The notes beneath the pieces are model-generated. The model saw only the letters and a list, made by a program, of their open reading frames with translations. It searched no databases and had not been told where the DNA came from. A stretch of 64,000 bases of DNA, taken from Balanoglossus misakiensis (lineage: Eukaryota > Animalia > Hemichordata). Position numbers and translations under genes: made by a program. The DNA lies in assembly GCA_040954595.2 (NCBI GenBank), contig CM082579.2:6747625-6811624 (forward strand), given 5' to 3'. Below are positions 59,689 to 64,000 of this stretch, in pieces (within the stretch, counting starts at the first letter, position 1; each line of letters starts with the position of its first letter).

Positions 59689-61890
59689 ATGCATCGGAAG
59701 ATAGCTGCAATTCACATAGACTGTTACTACAAAATGGCTGCTTCTGTTGAGAAAGGCACGACCAGTCGAGGGTTGTATTACCGTCACAATAACCACGGTG
59801 ATAAGATATTGTCAAAACTGCTAGAGCAGCGTGGTCGTCGTCAGTTTTGTGACATATCGTTTAGCGTGTCAGATACAGTATTTTACGCCCATAAATGTGT
59901 CCTTGGAGTCTCGTCAGAGTACTTCGCAAAGAACATGCAGGAACTCGGAGAATCAGCAGACGACACCAGACGAGAAAACAGTGTGTTGGAAAGGATTGTG
60001 GAATGCACTTCGCTCCAGATCCTGTCAGCGATATTTGACTTTATGTACCGGGGAAGCATCGGTATCGGGGACGTGACCTTAGACAAGGTGAAAATGGCAG
60101 TCAAGGTGTTAAAAATCCGTGAATTTGACAGTCTAACTGCTGTGGCGAAGTCGAGCATGTATGTCGCGAAGGGCTTCAGCGAACGATTCCTACAGTTGAC
60201 AAGAGAGTGCAGAAAAACTGGCCAATACTGCGACGTGACATTACATGTCGCCAGAAAGATTTATCGTGCCCATAAGTGTATTCTTGCTGCGTGCAGCCCC
60301 TACTTTGATGCGATGTTCACAAACGACATGCTTGAGCGCCACCAGCGGCGAATCAGCTTGCCATTTCTGTCCGAGGAACAGGCGCGACTGGTCCTGAGCT
60401 ACATTTACACTGGTTCTATCACCTTGAACTCTGACAACATAGACGACGCGGCAGTCGTAGCCGACTACTTGCGCATGTCCAAACTAAAAGAGTTATGCAG
60501 CAAGTACTTAACGCAGAGTCTTGAAGGTTATAATTGTGTAGGTTACATGTACTTGGCAGAGCAGTTCAACTTTCCAAAATTCTCAACAGTGGTCGCAGAC
60601 TACATACGCCTGCATTTCACCGAGGTTATACGGCATGATGAAATTCTTTCTGTGCCAGCAGATAGACTCCTAAAAATCATATGTGACGACGAAAACATCG
60701 TGGAAATAATTGATAAGGGCGCGGTTATTACCGATGAATCGTGTATATTTGATCTGATGGTCAGATGGGTTGACTTTGACACTGAAAACAGGAGAGGGCT
60801 GTTCCCAACTCTATTCTCTCATCTAAAACTTACAGCAGTTCCTCCAGACACGATCAAGGATAAGATATTGAACAGCGTCCTTGTGCAAGAATTCCCCGAA
60901 TGCATGGAAAAGTGTCGAGGGGCAATTGAGAAAAGCGACGAAGCTGTAGGCCTTGATTGCCGGAGAAGGGGCAAACTTGTCAGTGTTCTGGTGATGGTTG
61001 AAGCAACATCTGTGTTCAAGACGAACTACAGAGTTTCAGCTTTGACGTGCCACCTGGTGGACGAGGATAGACAACTGCAGTTGCCAGATTTGCCGATGGC
61101 CCTATCAGAGGCAGCGGCTGTCGTGCATCGCAACAAGCTGTACGTGGCCGGGGGCTTGAGATCTGCCGGCAAAGACGAAGTTTCATCAACGCGTTTCTTC
61201 CGCTATGACCCATCCCTGAACATCTGGTCGTCGCTGCCGGATATTTTGGACAATGTGGCTCACAGCAGACTGGCTGGCATCAAGGACCACATATATTTAG
61301 TCGGTCAAAGGGGGTCAATGGCTGAAACGGTCGTTCAGAAATACGATTTACTGACCGGGGAGTGGAGTATGGGCTCCCCGATCAAAGACCAGCTGTTCGG
61401 CCGGTTCTACTTTGCTGGTGTATCCGAGGAGGGATTCTACATCGTCAGCTTGCTCAAGTGTTTATCCTGGAATGTCGTCCACAAATACAGCATACGTGGT
61501 GATTCGTGGCAAGAGGTGACTTGTCCCGTCACGCCGATCAGATCATCCCGCCCTTACTACCTGCTGCCTGCGCCGTTTTCCCAAACCAATCAGTTTTATG
61601 TCACCGATTTCCACGACATGCACTGCGTGTTCGACCTTGATCAAGGCCAGTGGATAGATGCCAAGGAGGAGAATTACTTGAAGCGTCCGCCGGAAAGCGA
61701 TGACGAGGGAGGCAAAGATGAAATTTACGAGCTATGCGCCATGGAGGACAGACTTTACTTATTTGGCAAGCGTACGCGCGTATACGATATGAAATCACGC
61801 AAGTGGCAGAGGTTAAAATCGGTTTCATCAGTTAGCACGGGCAGGGATCTATGCTGGCTACAGATTCCGAGTCAGTTCCTTCGAAAATAA
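59689..61890 (+). CDS. Kelch-like protein (BTB-BTB-BACK-Kelch), uninterrupted ORF
   Basis: 733-aa ORF with two BTB starts (FCDISF..FYAHKCVL and YCDVTL..YRAHKCILAACSPYF), BACK (NCVGY...F.EV...LLKII...WVDFD) and Kelch blades (LYVAGG...RYDP...W). ATG 59734 (aaaATGG) is the more likely start. Confidence 0.92.
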   Translation: MHRKIAAIHIDCYYKMAASVEKGTTSRGLYYRHNNHGDKILSKLLEQRGRRQFCDISFSVSDTVFYAHKCVLGVSSEYFAKNMQELGESADDTRRENSVLERIVECTSLQILSAIFDFMYRGSIGIGDVTLDKVKMAVKVLKIREFDSLTAVAKSSMYVAKGFSERFLQLTRECRKTGQYCDVTLHVARKIYRAHKCILAACSPYFDAMFTNDMLERHQRRISLPFLSEEQARLVLSYIYTGSITLNSDNIDDAAVVADYLRMSKLKELCSKYLTQSLEGYNCVGYMYLAEQFNFPKFSTVVADYIRLHFTEVIRHDEILSVPADRLLKIICDDENIVEIIDKGAVITDESCIFDLMVRWVDFDTENRRGLFPTLFSHLKLTAVPPDTIKDKILNSVLVQEFPECMEKCRGAIEKSDEAVGLDCRRRGKLVSVLVMVEATSVFKTNYRVSALTCHLVDEDRQLQLPDLPMALSEAAAVVHRNKLYVAGGLRSAGKDEVSSTRFFRYDPSLNIWSSLPDILDNVAHSRLAGIKDHIYLVGQRGSMAETVVQKYDLLTGEWSMGSPIKDQLFGRFYFAGVSEEGFYIVSLLKCLSWNVVHKYSIRGDSWQEVTCPVTPIRSSRPYYLLPAPFSQTNQFYVTDFHDMHCVFDLDQGQWIDAKEENYLKRPPESDDEGGKDEIYELCAMEDRLYLFGKRTRVYDMKSRKWQRLKSVSSVSTGRDLCWLQIPSQFLRK

Positions 61891-62646
61891 GCTATGGGCA
61901 CCTGTTCATCGTGGCATTTTGAACCCGATGGTCCCCTGACGATCCATATATTCAATATTATTATTTTTTTAAACGCGGTTGACACTGTGTGCATGCGATA
62001 CAAAATACTACATCAAGTACATACATCTCACAACTTATCACTGATATCATGATATGTATGTGATCAATACTGACTGTGAAAATTTACCTTCAACCATAGT
62101 CACTATCGTACTTCGTTCAGCCCTGCGTTATAGCGCAATTGAGAATTAAACATATGAGAAGTTTAAGAATTGACGGAAGACTCGGAAGAAAGAGGGAAAC
62201 CCCTAACGAAGTCAATACGGTCCCAGCTGCATCGGGATTGGCCCCCTAAATATACACATACAGGTACGGGTGCTTCAAGTTAAAATATACTACATATGGC
62301 AACAAAGAAAATGTAAACATCTTAATCGTGGCGATTGCTGGAACAATAAAATATGCTTATTGTCACGTTGTTTTACGTGTTGTCGGTCATTTTTTTTCGA
62401 CGAGCGAAAGCTTTTATTCCACCGAAAGTAAAAACCAAGAAGAACTCTGCCGAGTCGTCCGGGAATTAGATTGGTCCAATCTTGTCCTATTCCCGCCGCT
62501 GGCTGCGCTGCGCTACGGGAAGGAGGGACCGGGATCTCCGAAGCCGATGCTAATAATAGCTATGAATCATAAGAATCCGGACAGCGACACACCCTTCTAC
62601 CTGTGGCACGTTCCTTCGCCTATCATTCCGTGATCTTGAGATCATC

Positions 62647-64000
62647 ATGGGTGACTTTAGTGAGCTACCAGACGTAGTTTTGGTGAGAATATTCAAGTAC
62701 TTGAATCTCACAGATAGGTCTAGAGCGGCGCTCGCCTGCAGATCGTGGGCCGACACGTTGGATCACCCTTCTCTGTGGTCGTCAGCGCAGATCGTGGTAA
62801 CTGCAACGCCGCTTGCACTTGGCAGGGCTAATCGAAAACGCCAGGTACAAGGGGCGTCTAATCTGCCCACACACGAGGACCAAAGGAAGGATTTAATCGA
62901 ACACAAAGGTAGATACTTCCGGGATCTGAATTTGACAGTTCTGTACATTCGTAACGAGTTTGTGGGCATCGAGAAGGAGGTCATGGGGGCGCTGTGCAAT
63001 AACTGTGAACAAGTGAAGTCGCTTACGCTGTCCGTCCGCGCTGTGGCGTCCAAATACACGAGATATCTCGGCCAGCGTGCCTCAAGTACGTCGTCAAACC
63101 CGGCGTTGGAGCAAATCCAAGAGTTTGTCCGGTCATTGAAGCGGCTGCACAAGTTCGTACTGAAGGCCTGGCCGCGAAACGAAGGAGGGGCGTACAGGTG
63201 TTCCACCGTGCTGGGCGCGCTGCCAGAGAACGAGAATCTCCACAGCAACTTGAAGGAGCTCGATGTCTTCACGGAGGTGAGCGATGCGTGGGCTGCAAAG
63301 CTCCCAGCTCTCCCACAAGACGCTGAGGTTGTGGCAGCTCTTCAGAAGTTGAAGTCACTGACGTCATTCCGTACGCAGATGAGCATCGTCGCTATCGATG
63401 GTGTTCTGGAAACGATCGCGCGGTGTTGCAAGCAACTGCGATCACTCGACATATTAGTTGCGTACCAAGATGAACCAGGCGAGTTCAACAGAAATCGAGT
63501 TGCGAACGCCACCTGGAGGTCAGTGAGAGAAAGCAACCCAGAATTGAAAGTGTCGGCCACATTTCTGTGCAGGGTACAAGAAAACTTTCCTTTCCGGGCC
63601 AGCGCTGGAAGACGGGGAAATGACCTGGCCGCCATCCTGAACCCAGACATGCCACTGGCGTCAGTGGAGTTCAAGAAATATTCTCGAGTTAGTCCACAGT
63701 GTGTGACTATGCTGGCTGAAAACTACAAAGACACTCTCGAAATTTACAAAGACTTCTCAAGAGGCTCGGATCTTGATGAAGAATTGAAGGAACTTGCGGC
63801 AAAGTGCAAGTTTCTCTCCTGTATCGTCCACACTGGCGCCATACACCACGATACCATTTTGTCGGTGGCCGAAATCAAAGGTCAGAGATTGCAGCAGTTC
63901 AGTGTGTCCGAAAGTAAAATCACCCTCCCCGACAATACGGGCCTTGATGATGATGATGTTGTGGTCGTCATGGATACAAGTGGCGAATACAAGCTGGCCC
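62647..64000 (+). CDS. F-box/LRR protein (FBXL3/FBXL8-like), 3'-truncated by the window
   Basis: MGDFSELPDVVLVRIFKYLNLTDRSRAALACRSWAD...LW F-box; the frame stays open for over 450 codons with LRR-like segments (CEQVKSLTL, CKQLRSLDI, W..VRESNPELKV, ILNPDMPL). Absent from the ORF track because it has no stop in the window. Confidence 0.88.
   Translation, partial: MGDFSELPDVVLVRIFKYLNLTDRSRAALACRSWADTLDHPSLWSSAQIVVTATPLALGRANRKRQVQGASNLPTHEDQRKDLIEHKGRYFRDLNLTVLYIRNEFVGIEKEVMGALCNNCEQVKSLTLSVRAVASKYTRYLGQRASSTSSNPALEQIQEFVRSLKRLHKFVLKAWPRNEGGAYRCSTVLGALPENENLHSNLKELDVFTEVSDAWAAKLPALPQDAEVVAALQKLKSLTSFRTQMSIVAIDGVLETIARCCKQLRSLDILVAYQDEPGEFNRNRVANATWRSVRESNPELKVSATFLCRVQENFPFRASAGRRGNDLAAILNPDMPLASVEFKKYSRVSPQCVTMLAENYKDTLEIYKDFSRGSDLDEELKELAAKCKFLSCIVHTGAIHHDTILSVAEIKGQRLQQFSVSESKITLPDNTGLDDDDVVVVMDTSGEYKLA

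Overview
Intron-rich animal genomic DNA; it looks like an invertebrate, possibly a non-vertebrate deuterostome, but the species cannot be fixed from the sequence. Gene order: the 5' end of an unidentified minus-strand gene (16-440), a 9-exon FOXRED2-family flavoprotein with no ER signals (+), a 21-exon O-GlcNAc transferase OGT (-), two tandem beta-thymosin coding units behind a CArG-box promoter (+), a 22-exon DIS3/Rrp44 (-) whose last two exons lie beyond a 16.4 kb intron, an 18-exon Hsp110/HSPA4 (-) with one GC-AG intron, a single-ORF BTB-BTB-BACK-Kelch gene (+) and a single-ORF F-box/LRR gene that runs off the window (+). Mobile DNA comprises a Harbinger-type element, three TTAA MITEs, a Penelope-type hammerhead remnant and a decayed LINE. 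The most interesting signals are: (1) a beta-thymosin locus whose splice phases would allow two monomers, a chimera and an in-frame two-repeat protein from one promoter; (2) OGT intron 4, which has the position and weak-acceptor/poison-exon architecture of the mammalian detained intron; (3) the giant DIS3 intron with DR1 motifs, hairpins and possible antisense exons. All exon models were built by hand from splice signals and protein-family recognition; none has transcript support.
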